Part shown: positions 7,831 through 15,605 of the stretch, in pieces
Layout of the letters: each line of letters starts with the position of its first letter
How positions within the stretch are numbered: the first letter of the stretch is position 1
Origin: a virus
Lineage: Duplodnaviria; Caudoviricetes
Direction: 5' to 3' (one strand)
IMG/VR virus record: IMGVR_UViG_3300045741_000104
Location: 2,039-66,038 of that record
Length of the DNA: 64,000 nucleotides
The notes under the pieces: model-generated
The model's database searches: none
What the model saw: only the letters and a program-made list of their open reading frames with translations
Told to the model about the DNA's origin: nothing
Program-made: the position numbers and the translations under genes

Positions 7831-9669
7831 TCACTCATTTACAAACAGTCCGTTGTAGATATCGATGATGTCGTCAATGGCGACATCCTGGCAGTCTTCA
7901 CCCACCAATTCGCGCAGTGCGCGCAGCTCAGCCATCCGCTCACCGAAGTTGGCGGTAGGCTGAGGATGCTCGAGATACTCAAACGCCCAGCACGGCGGCA
8001 CATAGTTCACATCCTGAACGCGCTCGCGCTCGACAGGATAGTGATCGACGTAGTCGCGCATATACCACTTGCCATCGACGCCCTCATACGCGAGCGCATC
8101 ACCTTCGTCGATGCGGTAGACGGGCACCGAGACGACCTCGTCACGATACCAGACGTTGGTCGCCTGATAGTGGAAGTCGAAATCGCGCCCGCTCGGGCCC
8201 TCGACACGACGCAACTCGGTGAACTGCACATAACGCTCGATGATGACATCGCGCGCCTCGACCTCGTCCGAATACCAGTCGCCCTCGAACTCATAGGCGT
8301 TGTCGTCGCACGCGTCTTGGCTCCAAGTCTGGGTATCGCCGTTCTCGTTGGTGATCACCGTGTGCACGCGTTCGAACGTCCACTCGCCGTGATACTCGCA
8401 GTAGTTGGCGTTGTCCTCCACATAGCGCAGCGAGTAGGTCCTATCGTCAACATCCGTTCGGTCGACATGATTAGAGAAGTGGACGTCATAGCCGCTGCAG
8501 TAGAACGCATTTCTCCCAAGGCAGTGCGGGCACCAATACTGGTAGTTGTGCCGCGAGCTGTCGAGATAGACGCGCGTCTGATCGCCTTCGTCCATCTCGT
8601 CCTCGCAGTGCTCACAGATCGGCCCATCTTCCTTCATGTAGGCACGGCCATCAGTGCGCTCGCACGCAATCTCGCTGCCGCCCATGGTGAACCAGTCGCC
8701 TGCATCATCGACGCCATTGGGGCCGTCGATATACGGCATGATATAATAATCATGCTTCTCGATCTTGCGCATCCGCGCGCCCTTGAACGTCTTGCGGGAG
8801 GCAGGGACACCGTAGTATCCGCTCCGCTCATAGCCCAGCGCCTTCAACGCGTTGTTGAGCGCGTTGTTGTCGGAATAGATGCGGTTATAGATTTTCTTCT
8901 CAGGCCAGCAGATGCAGCGACCAAGCGTCTGACCTTTGGCGTTGCGCATCACAGCCAACGCCAGATCAGGCGAAGCATAGGCGCGCACCGGATGGACGCC
9001 GTTCGTGCTGAAGTTGCCAGCCGGATAACGCATGCAGGACACTTCAAGCGCGCCGGTGTTGGGAGCGAAGTTGGTATACGCCTCCTCGATCAGATCAGCG
9101 ATGCGCTCGACCTCCTCCTCATCGTCGGGGTCCTTGACCGGGCCGATGAAGGTGACGGGCGTCGTCGCCTCGGTGGCCATGCGGAGCTGGCGCTCGGTGA
9201 TGATCTTGCGCCAGTTCGAGCCCCAGAGAATATCATAGAACTCGTCGAGCGTATCGACGCGATGGCGCTTCATCTCACGTTCGTGACTGGGCTTGAGGCA
9301 CTTGAGACACAGGTCGATGAAGGCGTCGATGGACAGCAGCGACTGCTTGTCGGTGCGGCCCCTGAACTCATCCTTGGTGTAGGCGATGAGGCTCGGGCCC
9401 TTCTTCGCAACATGCGGGAAGGTATCGGGCGGGGAGAGGTTCTTGATAAAGTCGATAACGGGCAAATACTCTTCGTTATCGAAGCGAGCCTGCTCGCGGT
9501 CGCGCCAGTTCGGATCACCAGCCTCAGGATCGACTTTTCTAACTTGATACTTGCGCTTGGTCAGCGAGGTCAGGCGCTGCGCGATCTTGGCAGCCTTCTT
9601 GCCATCCGCGTAATGCTTGCGGGTGACAAGTTCGTTTTCCTGAAGGTCGATAAGCATGAAGACTTCCAT
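7831..9669 (-). CDS. Large phage hypothetical protein with Cys-rich repeats
   Basis: 612-aa ORF with phage-like codon usage. Motifs VSCM, GRCICW, NRIYS and MPYID, then CEHC, CPHC and CEYH. Confidence 0.75.
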   Translation of the reverse strand: MEVFMLIDLQENELVTRKHYADGKKAAKIAQRLTSLTKRKYQVRKVDPEAGDPNWRDREQARFDNEEYLPVIDFIKNLSPPDTFPHVAKKGPSLIAYTKDEFRGRTDKQSLLSIDAFIDLCLKCLKPSHEREMKRHRVDTLDEFYDILWGSNWRKIITERQLRMATEATTPVTFIGPVKDPDDEEEVERIADLIEEAYTNFAPNTGALEVSCMRYPAGNFSTNGVHPVRAYASPDLALAVMRNAKGQTLGRCICWPEKKIYNRIYSDNNALNNALKALGYERSGYYGVPASRKTFKGARMRKIEKHDYYIMPYIDGPNGVDDAGDWFTMGGSEIACERTDGRAYMKEDGPICEHCEDEMDEGDQTRVYLDSSRHNYQYWCPHCLGRNAFYCSGYDVHFSNHVDRTDVDDRTYSLRYVEDNANYCEYHGEWTFERVHTVITNENGDTQTWSQDACDDNAYEFEGDWYSDEVEARDVIIERYVQFTELRRVEGPSGRDFDFHYQATNVWYRDEVVSVPVYRIDEGDALAYEGVDGKWYMRDYVDHYPVERERVQDVNYVPPCWAFEYLEHPQPTANFGERMAELRALRELVGEDCQDVAIDDIIDIYNGLFVNE

Positions 9670-9738
9670 TTTATACCCCTAGCGTATAGCGTGTGGTGTG
9701 TGGTGTGAGAGTAGGCGGATCAACCGCCTACTATCTAT

Positions 9739-9766
9739 ATCGTAACAGACTGAGCTGTTATGTCAA
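9739..9766 (-). promoter_or_regulatory. Sigma70-type promoter
   Basis: TTGACA-16 nt-TACGAT with TGn extension. A 9-bp hairpin (9710-9732) follows at the predicted 5' end. Confidence 0.7.
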
Positions 9767-10167
9767 ATGGCCGTAGCGGGCGACCACCATTTCGTGCCCG
9801 ATCTTTGCGTCAGCCAGCGTCGAATATCGCTGGCAGTCGATCTCAAGCAGCTCCGTCTTCGAATGTATCCTTTCACTTCCCTCCACACTGTCAGCAGTGT
9901 GGGAATGTCGATCTCTTTTGCGTCGAATGCCTCCATTGCCGCATCGAGATAATCCGCCGCAGTCAGCGGCCCCTTACGCTGATGAAAGGCGAGCTGCGCG
10001 TCGTCATACTTGCAGCGTATACTGCGAACGATCTCCTCGGTTTCGAGAATGACAGGGTGCATTGCCCCTGTCACAGCGTTCAAGGCGCGATGGGCGATCA
10101 TTGTCGCGTCCTGCTTGTCGCCATACGTCTCGATCTGAAACGTAGCAGTGACCTGATATTTTGGCAT
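9763..10167 (-). CDS. Hypothetical protein
   Basis: GAGGAGG RBS. Confidence 0.6.
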   Translation of the reverse strand: MPKYQVTATFQIETYGDKQDATMIAHRALNAVTGAMHPVILETEEIVRSIRCKYDDAQLAFHQRKGPLTAADYLDAAMEAFDAKEIDIPTLLTVWREVKGYIRRRSCLRSTASDIRRWLTQRSGTKWWSPATAI

Positions 10168-10179
10168 CGTAGTTCCTCC

Positions 10180-10374
10180 TCAAATTTCGAGTGCTTCAAT
10201 CGAAGCGCGGAAGCGTGCTTCGACATAGCGACCTTCGCTCAGGTGCTCGACCGTCACCACTTGCGGCCACCAGCCATCCATACTCACCCAGCTCTCCGAG
10301 TTGGGTTGGTATTTCAAGACGAGCAGGTTCGGGTCCATCTCCTTGAGACGGTCAATCAGTTCTCCAACGGTCAT
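10180..10374 (-). CDS. Hypothetical protein
   Basis: MTVGELIDRLKEMDP is a common small-phage-protein N-terminus; AGGAG RBS. Confidence 0.65.
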   Translation of the reverse strand: MTVGELIDRLKEMDPNLLVLKYQPNSESWVSMDGWWPQVVTVEHLSEGRYVEARFRASIEALEI

Positions 10375-10377
10375 CGC

Positions 10378-10626
10378 TTATACTCCTGAGTATATCCAGT
10401 TGTGGACGATCTTTGCTTCATCAGGATACTTATTTTTGCAGCGTTTCCATATCTCGTTCGGCAACGACGAGTACTCGGGGCCGTCATCGCCAAAGCGAAT
10501 GAGAACGCCCTTGCGATCATCGAAGGCTGAGTGTGTCCCATACAAGTAAACGTCGGTGCAGTCGGTGCTGCCGATATACTTGCAGCACCTTGGGTTCATG
10601 CAGTCGTGCTTATAGAACGGCATCAC
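10378..10626 (-). CDS. Hypothetical protein
   Basis: AAGGAG RBS; HDC..CC and RFGDDGPEYSS motifs. Confidence 0.6.
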   Translation of the reverse strand: MMPFYKHDCMNPRCCKYIGSTDCTDVYLYGTHSAFDDRKGVLIRFGDDGPEYSSLPNEIWKRCKNKYPDEAKIVHNWIYSGV

Positions 10627-10635
10627 ACTTTCTCC

Positions 10636-10845
10636 TTATGTGAGAAGTGAAACGGCTCGCCCATTAGTGCCCCCATCACACGCGGCAGCGTAGTAAGCAC
10701 GCGCTTCAGCTTCATCGAAGAACTCGCGTTCGGTTATCGAAGTGAGGACCCAGAAGCTCTCAGGAGTTTCGGGGTCGTGATACGTCTGGCGTATAAGCTG
10801 CGCCTTCGCGCAGGTCGCAAGCGTTTCGAGTATGGACTTGTCCAT
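10636..10845 (-). CDS. Hypothetical protein
   Basis: Operon packing and a G-rich RBS. Confidence 0.55.
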   Translation of the reverse strand: MDKSILETLATCAKAQLIRQTYHDPETPESFWVLTSITEREFFDEAEARAYYAAACDGGTNGRAVSLLT

Positions 10846-10847
10846 CG

Positions 10848-11120
10848 TTATCCCCCCTTCGCTTCGCGCTGTGCGCCATCGCGTGCGCTTTGCGCCATTG
10901 AACGGATGCGGCCGTAGCCACCGAGATTAATGTAGTAGAGACGCGCTGCGATCTCGTCCGCACTCACACCGTGGAAGGTGTGAGGCGCGAAGCGCAGGGC
11001 GGCGATGACGCCTGAGAGGTAGGCGGCACACGCCTTGTCCTTCGCGGCATTGCCGCGAAGTGAGGGCGAGCCTGCGATGAACTCGTCGCAGCTGATGAGA
11101 ATGCGGGCCATCATGTCCAT
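10848..11120 (-). CDS. Hypothetical protein
   Basis: AAGGAG RBS. Confidence 0.6.
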   Translation of the reverse strand: MDMMARILISCDEFIAGSPSLRGNAAKDKACAAYLSGVIAALRFAPHTFHGVSADEIAARLYYINLGGYGRIRSMAQSARDGAQREAKGG

Positions 11121-11134
11121 ATGCTTCGCTCCTT

Positions 11135-11371
11135 TCAGCTAATGCGCGCTTTGCGCGCATTCCAGTTGCCATAGGATTTGGCGATGGGCGTGCCCGATGG
11201 GTCTTCCTTGATCCAGAACTTGATCACATCGCCGTGGGCGAGGTCGCGCAGTGTGTAGACCTGAAACGCACCCGGCTTATACTCGATAGCGGTAGGTGTG
11301 CGCTCGCCCTTGGCGAGCGCTTCGTTGGCTGCTTTCTTCGTGCCCTGCACGTAGACGGTTTTTATAGACAT
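11135..11371 (-). CDS. Hypothetical protein
   Basis: GGGAG RBS and TGATG coupling. Confidence 0.6.
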   Translation of the reverse strand: MSIKTVYVQGTKKAANEALAKGERTPTAIEYKPGAFQVYTLRDLAHGDVIKFWIKEDPSGTPIAKSYGNWNARKARIS

Positions 11372-11613
11372 CAGTTGTCTCCCTTCTCTGCGATTGCGTT
11401 CAGCTCAAGCTGAAGATGGGCGGGGATGTGGGACCAGAATTTTGCTACGCAGCGCGTATTAAAATCGTCGTTGCACTCGCTGCGCGGCTGCTTGTCGTAA
11501 AGAGGGACAAGCGCATTCCACAGGAAGCGATACAGCTCGTCTGAGCACGGCATACATTCGGCCACGGTGTCGGGCGACCAGATGGTGAGGGCAAGGTGAG
11601 GCGTTATATTCAT
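11371..11613 (-). CDS. Hypothetical protein (start MNITPH)
   Basis: GAGG RBS downstream of a consensus promoter. Confidence 0.6.
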   Translation of the reverse strand: MNITPHLALTIWSPDTVAECMPCSDELYRFLWNALVPLYDKQPRSECNDDFNTRCVAKFWSHIPAHLQLELNAIAEKGDN

Positions 11614-11690
11614 CTCGTATATCCTCTTGGTGTGTGGCCCTTGCGGGCGGCGTTGGTGGAGTGCGTCGCTGCGCTCCACCAACTATACAC

Positions 11691-11718
11691 ATTATAGCAC
11701 AGCTGTAGCTTATGTCAA
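11691..11718 (-). promoter_or_regulatory. Consensus sigma70 promoter
   Basis: TTGACA-16 nt-TATAAT with TGn extension. Confidence 0.85.
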
Positions 11719-11719
11719 A

Positions 11720-12001
11720 CTAAGCACGCCGGCGGCGACCTAAGATTGCGTTCGCAATCTGCTTCGCTTCCTTGGTGTATCCTTGCCATCGTTTGCTGAT
11801 CATGGAGAACACACGGTTTGGCGCGTCTGGAAACATAAGCATCAGTTCAACCAGCACAGCGATAGTCACATCCTCAGGCATAGGTGGTAGCTTGACGTTG
11901 ATCGGCACATTGGCCAAGCCCTTCTCCCTCGCGCAGGCAAGGATGGCGTGCGCTTCAGGGTATTGAAGGCGTAAGTCTTCATCGTTGGTGTTGCGATACA
12001 T
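11720..12001 (-). CDS. Hypothetical protein
   Basis: Abuts the upstream stop; GGAG RBS. Confidence 0.55.
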   Translation of the reverse strand: MYRNTNDEDLRLQYPEAHAILACAREKGLANVPINVKLPPMPEDVTIAVLVELMLMFPDAPNRVFSMISKRWQGYTKEAKQIANAILGRRRRA

Positions 12002-12316
12002 CTAAGCCATCTCCGCGTTGAATATGATGCCGACGCGTCGAGCATCATCGTGAACCAATGCACGGACGAATTCACTCACCGTGAACTGGGGTGGTATGCT
12101 CGTGCGCTTGGGCAGACTGAAGCACACAGGGCAATTACGCGGACCACGCCCGTGAGCGTGGGCGGGCAGGAGCGGGCGCTCAGGCTCCCTTGCTTGGCGT
12201 TCTATCAGCCAGCGAAGATACACGCCCCGTGGCAATCCGCGTCGGGCAGATACCTGCTCCAATAGCGCAAGTTCAGCCGCGCTCAGCATGACAGTAGCAG
12301 CGGCCATCACTCGCAA
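12002..12316 (-). CDS. Ribbon-helix-helix-like regulator
   Basis: TVMLSAAELALLEQVSARRGLPRGVYLRWLI is CopG/MobC-like. A second half-motif TVSEFVRALV follows. Confidence 0.55.
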   Translation of the reverse strand: MRVMAAATVMLSAAELALLEQVSARRGLPRGVYLRWLIERQAREPERPLLPAHAHGRGPRNCPVCFSLPKRTSIPPQFTVSEFVRALVHDDARRVGIIFNAEMA

Positions 12317-12753
12317 TCCCTCTGCTCGTAATCGAACGGATATGGCAGCTCCTCATCTGGATCGAAGTCGAAGCTGATGTCCGGCTCACCTGAAGGGAGC
12401 GTGCGCCCCCACCGATCCTCCAATATCTCCATACGGTAGAGCATCACCGGGTGGTTTAGGAACGGGCGCACCGCGTCGATTTGCTTGGTGGTATAGATGC
12501 GCTTGAGCGCCACCATTGTGGTCGATTTAGCAGTCAGGCTCTTAGCGAGCCAATACACCCGAGGGATGCGCCAGATATTTATGTTGTCCTGTGAGCCTGT
12601 CTGCGCCTGCGCCGTAGGTGGTAAGCTGTCGAGTACTATACTGCGTGCGTATACAGAATGGCCGAAGCCCTTAGCAGCGGCGATAGCTTGCAGCTGCTCT
12701 AATTCCTGCTCACTCAAAAGCAGAGTTAAACGTGATGTGCGTCTGATTACCAT
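12307..12753 (-). CDS. Protein with an N-terminal ribbon-helix-helix domain
   Basis: RLTLLLSEQELEQLQAIAAAKGFGHSVYARSIV. Confidence 0.6.
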   Translation of the reverse strand: MVIRRTSRLTLLLSEQELEQLQAIAAAKGFGHSVYARSIVLDSLPPTAQAQTGSQDNINIWRIPRVYWLAKSLTAKSTTMVALKRIYTTKQIDAVRPFLNHPVMLYRMEILEDRWGRTLPSGEPDISFDFDPDEELPYPFDYEQRDCE

Positions 12754-12780
12754 AGGACTACCACTCCAGTGTGTGTTTGG

Positions 12781-12818
12781 TTACAATCTGGTTGTAACCC
12801 CATTGGTGCAGATGTCAA
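12781..12818 (-). promoter_or_regulatory. Promoter with an overlapping palindromic operator
   Basis: TTGACA-16 nt-TACAAC. The inverted repeat TTACAA-tctgg-TTGTAA at 12781-12797 covers the -10 and start region. Confidence 0.55.
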
Positions 12819-12857
12819 GCCCTCAGAGGCTGTTTTTAGCTAAATTTAAGGAGTAGG

Positions 12858-12915
12858 TTATGTAATAGAACTATTAGGTTGTTGAATTCGTTGGCATAAT
12901 AGTTCTATTACATAA
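12858..12915. repeat. Perfect 19-bp inverted repeat with a 20-nt spacer
   Basis: TTATGTAATAGAACTATTA (12858-12876) and its reverse complement (12897-12915). A third copy with 1 mismatch lies at 13086-13104. Confidence 0.9.
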
Positions 12916-13198
12916 GGGGTTGAGAGTAAGGGGGGGGGTATGTTTTTCATGCCAACACAGACCCCCCAAGAAAAAATGGGGCGGTTTTATTGGGTGTTTT
13001 ACACCTACCATCTTTATCATAATCTATAATCTTATAAATCAATGACTTCTGCCCCACCCTTTCAGGTAGCCCCGCCCCACCCTAGTTATGTAATAGGACT
13101 ATTATATTAAATTTAAGCGTATAACAGCGCCTACGCGCCCTAACTACGATGCCGCGCGGGGGGTCGAGCGTTAAATTTAAGTGTATTAAATTTAGACA

Positions 13199-13265
13199 AT
13201 AAAAATCCCGGCGCGCCTCGCGGCGGCCGGGACAAAAGAAAAGGGGCGGCCTCTCGGCCGCCCCC
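13199..13265 (-). terminator. Tandem intrinsic terminators
   Basis: ggggcggcc-tctc-ggccgcccc and a second GC stem, each followed by T-runs on the minus strand, just after the stop at 13277. Confidence 0.75.
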
Positions 13266-13276
13266 TGTATTAGTTT

Positions 13277-14092
13277 TTACAGTTCGCCATCGGCGTCCAC
13301 GTAATTTGCTTCCCAGTTTTCCCGGGCCGCGCGTTCCATGGCGTTCGCCATCTCGGCGAGCTTCGGCGACATATGCAGCGCATTGTTGCGGTAGACCAAG
13401 GCTTGCGCCGTGGCCATGTTGAGCGCAACGCGCGCCCCCTCTTGCGAGTTAGTGATCTTCACTGTCTCGCCGTTTGCCTTAGTCACGGCATTCGTCGCCG
13501 CTTCCTTGGCCGCTTTCTCGGCCTCGGCCTTCTTCTTGGCCGCGCCTTCAGCTTGCCGTGCCTTGCGCTCCACCTTGTCGGCTTCGGTTTCCGTAACCCG
13601 ATGCCACGCCGACGTTGACGCGGCCGACCATTTGGCCTCGGCGTCGGTCATGCGGAACTTGCCTTTGTCCAATTTCTTGGTCTTGGGCGACATTCCGAAG
13701 TCGACGATGCGTCGACCGAACTTGAGCAATTCGGGCCCAAATTCCGGCCAGTTGGCCAGCGCCTTCCCACGCCATTGCGGCTCCCATCCCGCGTTATCGG
13801 CCTTCGCGGCCTCAATCGCGCGGCTGTCGCCCTCGGCCAGCGCCTTGGTCGCCGTGTAACCATACCGGAAGTACGCCCGCAACAGCTTGTCTTCCAACAT
13901 GGTCCCGGCGATTTCGACGGCATGACCGACGGTTGCCTCAACTACGCCAAGGCGCCAACCCTGTCCGGCGATGCCGGTTGCCACGTTCGTGTCAGCGTCA
14001 AGTTGAAACTTGACGGCTTCCACGTTCGAGACGGCCGGCGCGTCGGCGGCGGGAGCGGCCTTGGCCGCGCGGGTTTTGGTAGCAGTAGCCAT
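13277..14092 (-). CDS. Ala/Lys-rich hypothetical protein in its own transcription unit
   Basis: AAAGG RBS before MATATKTRAAK, strong codon bias, and double terminator downstream. Confidence 0.75.
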   Translation of the reverse strand: MATATKTRAAKAAPAADAPAVSNVEAVKFQLDADTNVATGIAGQGWRLGVVEATVGHAVEIAGTMLEDKLLRAYFRYGYTATKALAEGDSRAIEAAKADNAGWEPQWRGKALANWPEFGPELLKFGRRIVDFGMSPKTKKLDKGKFRMTDAEAKWSAASTSAWHRVTETEADKVERKARQAEGAAKKKAEAEKAAKEAATNAVTKANGETVKITNSQEGARVALNMATAQALVYRNNALHMSPKLAEMANAMERAARENWEANYVDADGEL

Positions 14093-14302
14093 TGGATTTA
14101 CCTTTCGTTGGATGCGGCGCGAGACGGTTGTCCCGCGCGGCAATTACAGATTAGTAGATTGGCCGCTTGTGTCCAATGTAAAGCGACAATATACGCGTGG
14201 CGTATAACAGTAATTCTTTTTAGATTTGGGGGGGGACAGGGGCAAAGAGAACTCTCGGCCCCCTGCTTATACTGGTCCCACAAACATTATGGACGGTTTT
14301 TA

Positions 14303-14369
14303 CTTTACGGTTAAGTCTCAGCTAAAATATTTTTAGCCATTTTATCTTTACAGTCAAGTCTCGGCTAAA
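14303..14369. repeat. Two 24-bp direct repeats (3 mismatches) upstream of the small terminase
   Basis: ctttacggttaagtctcagctaaa at 14303-14326 and ctttacagtcaagtctcggctaaa at 14346-14369. Palindrome gctaaaa-tat-ttttagc at 14321-14337. Confidence 0.8.
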
Positions 14370-14567
14370 GTAAACTAAAATTTTATACTTAAAATTGACC
14401 CCGAGGATGAGTTGATTTATAAGCCAAGCCTCCCCGACTTGACTTGGCCCGCACCGCGGGCCATTCTTCTTTGGCCCATTCTCCGATGGCGTCACCCACA
14501 GGGGGCCGGCCTTCTCCGTTAGGCCGGCCCTTTACTTTTCCGCGCTCTACGCGGATATTTCACAGCC

Positions 14568-14975
14568 ATGAGCAATCAACTCGCCGATCCGGCCGCGCTC
14601 TCGTGGCCCGCCACACTCCCTATAGAGGTGGCGTTGAAGACGACGACCGTCGAGGACATCCTTGACGCTTATGAACTGACGTTCGAGGAATACGAAAACC
14701 TCCTCGCCCATCCAGCCTTTATCAGAGAAGTCGCTGCGGCGACCGAGGCGCTTCGCGAGGAGGGCATGTCCTTCTTCATGAAGAACCGCCTTCAGGCCGA
14801 AGCGATGCTCTCCCGTCTCTGGCAGATGACGCACGCGTCGTTCGACGAGGTGCCTGCCAAGGTGCAGGCCGACCTGCTCATGTTCAGCATCAGATGTGCT
14901 GGACTGGATCGGTCTAGGGAGCAGTCGAAGGAACAGCAGGGCACGCCCCTGCAAATCCTCATTAATTTGTCTTGA
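14568..14975 (+). CDS. Putative terminase small subunit
   Basis: First gene of the plus-strand arm, helical, ends in the beta-strand-like tail LQILINLS, and lies upstream of TerL. Positional inference. Confidence 0.55.
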   Translation: MSNQLADPAALSWPATLPIEVALKTTTVEDILDAYELTFEEYENLLAHPAFIREVAAATEALREEGMSFFMKNRLQAEAMLSRLWQMTHASFDEVPAKVQADLLMFSIRCAGLDRSREQSKEQQGTPLQILINLS

Positions 14976-14988
14976 ACAGGAGACGACA

Positions 14989-15183
14989 ATGGCGAGAGGA
15001 ATGGTGCCGGGCAAGACGATTGATCCGGCGACGCAGATCATCAAGTCGGCCAAGGGCCAGCCCCCGGTCATGAACGACACCAAGGTTCCGAAGGGCAAGG
15101 GTAAAAAGGCCCCGCCGCTAAAGCCGGCCCCCAAGGGTGGCAAGGGTAATCCCTTCGCCAAGCCAGCGTTTGGGGGTAAGTAA
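14989..15183 (+). CDS. Small Lys/Pro/Gly-rich basic protein
   Basis: AGGAG RBS; KGKGKKAPPLKPAPKGGKGNPF. Confidence 0.6.
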   Translation: MARGMVPGKTIDPATQIIKSAKGQPPVMNDTKVPKGKGKKAPPLKPAPKGGKGNPFAKPAFGGK

Positions 15184-15184
15184 T

Positions 15185-15469
15185 ATGAATGAGGTGTTAG
15201 CCCTGCTACGCCACATGGAGCGACACATGCAGTCGCTCGAAGCAAAACTGGAGGTTGTAATGGCTAATCTTGACGTTCTCACTGCCGCTGTCGCCGAGGC
15301 CACTTCGGTCGAGGCTTCCGCCGTCGTCCTCATCGCCGGTCTGGTGGAGCAGCTGACGGCTGCCCTCGCCGCCAACGATCCGGCGGCTGTTCAGGCTCTT
15401 GCCGACCAGCTGACCGCTGCGACCGCGCCGCTGGCGGCTGCGGTGTCGGCGAATACGCCGGCGGCGTGA
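15185..15469 (+). CDS. Ala-rich coiled-coil protein
   Basis: Operon packing and heptad pattern. Confidence 0.65.
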   Translation: MNEVLALLRHMERHMQSLEAKLEVVMANLDVLTAAVAEATSVEASAVVLIAGLVEQLTAALAANDPAAVQALADQLTAATAPLAAAVSANTPAA

Positions 15470-15605
15470 TGACAATAGGCCGGGCGACGATGGAGCAAAT
15501 CTGGGCCAGCAAGCAGTTGGTCAACGGCAAGGCCATCGTCGTCTGGGCCCCTCATGGGCCGGTCAACGGCATGATGCCGTCACTTCCGAAAAAGAAGAAG
15601 AAGTA

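Noticed and set aside
7732-9708. 658-aa plus-strand ORF, and similar long antisense ORFs at 26779-28503, 31720-33600, 49865-51229 and 53534-55006
   Set aside because: They mirror real genes on the opposite strand, lack motifs and RBSs, and are expected shadows of high-GC3 codon bias. The intein HNH differs because it has clear family motifs.
12840-14560. tRNA, structured ncRNA or protelomerase (telRL) site in the non-coding regions
   Set aside because: No cloverleaf or T-loop signature was seen. The inverted repeat has a 20-nt non-palindromic spacer, and no protelomerase gene is in the window.
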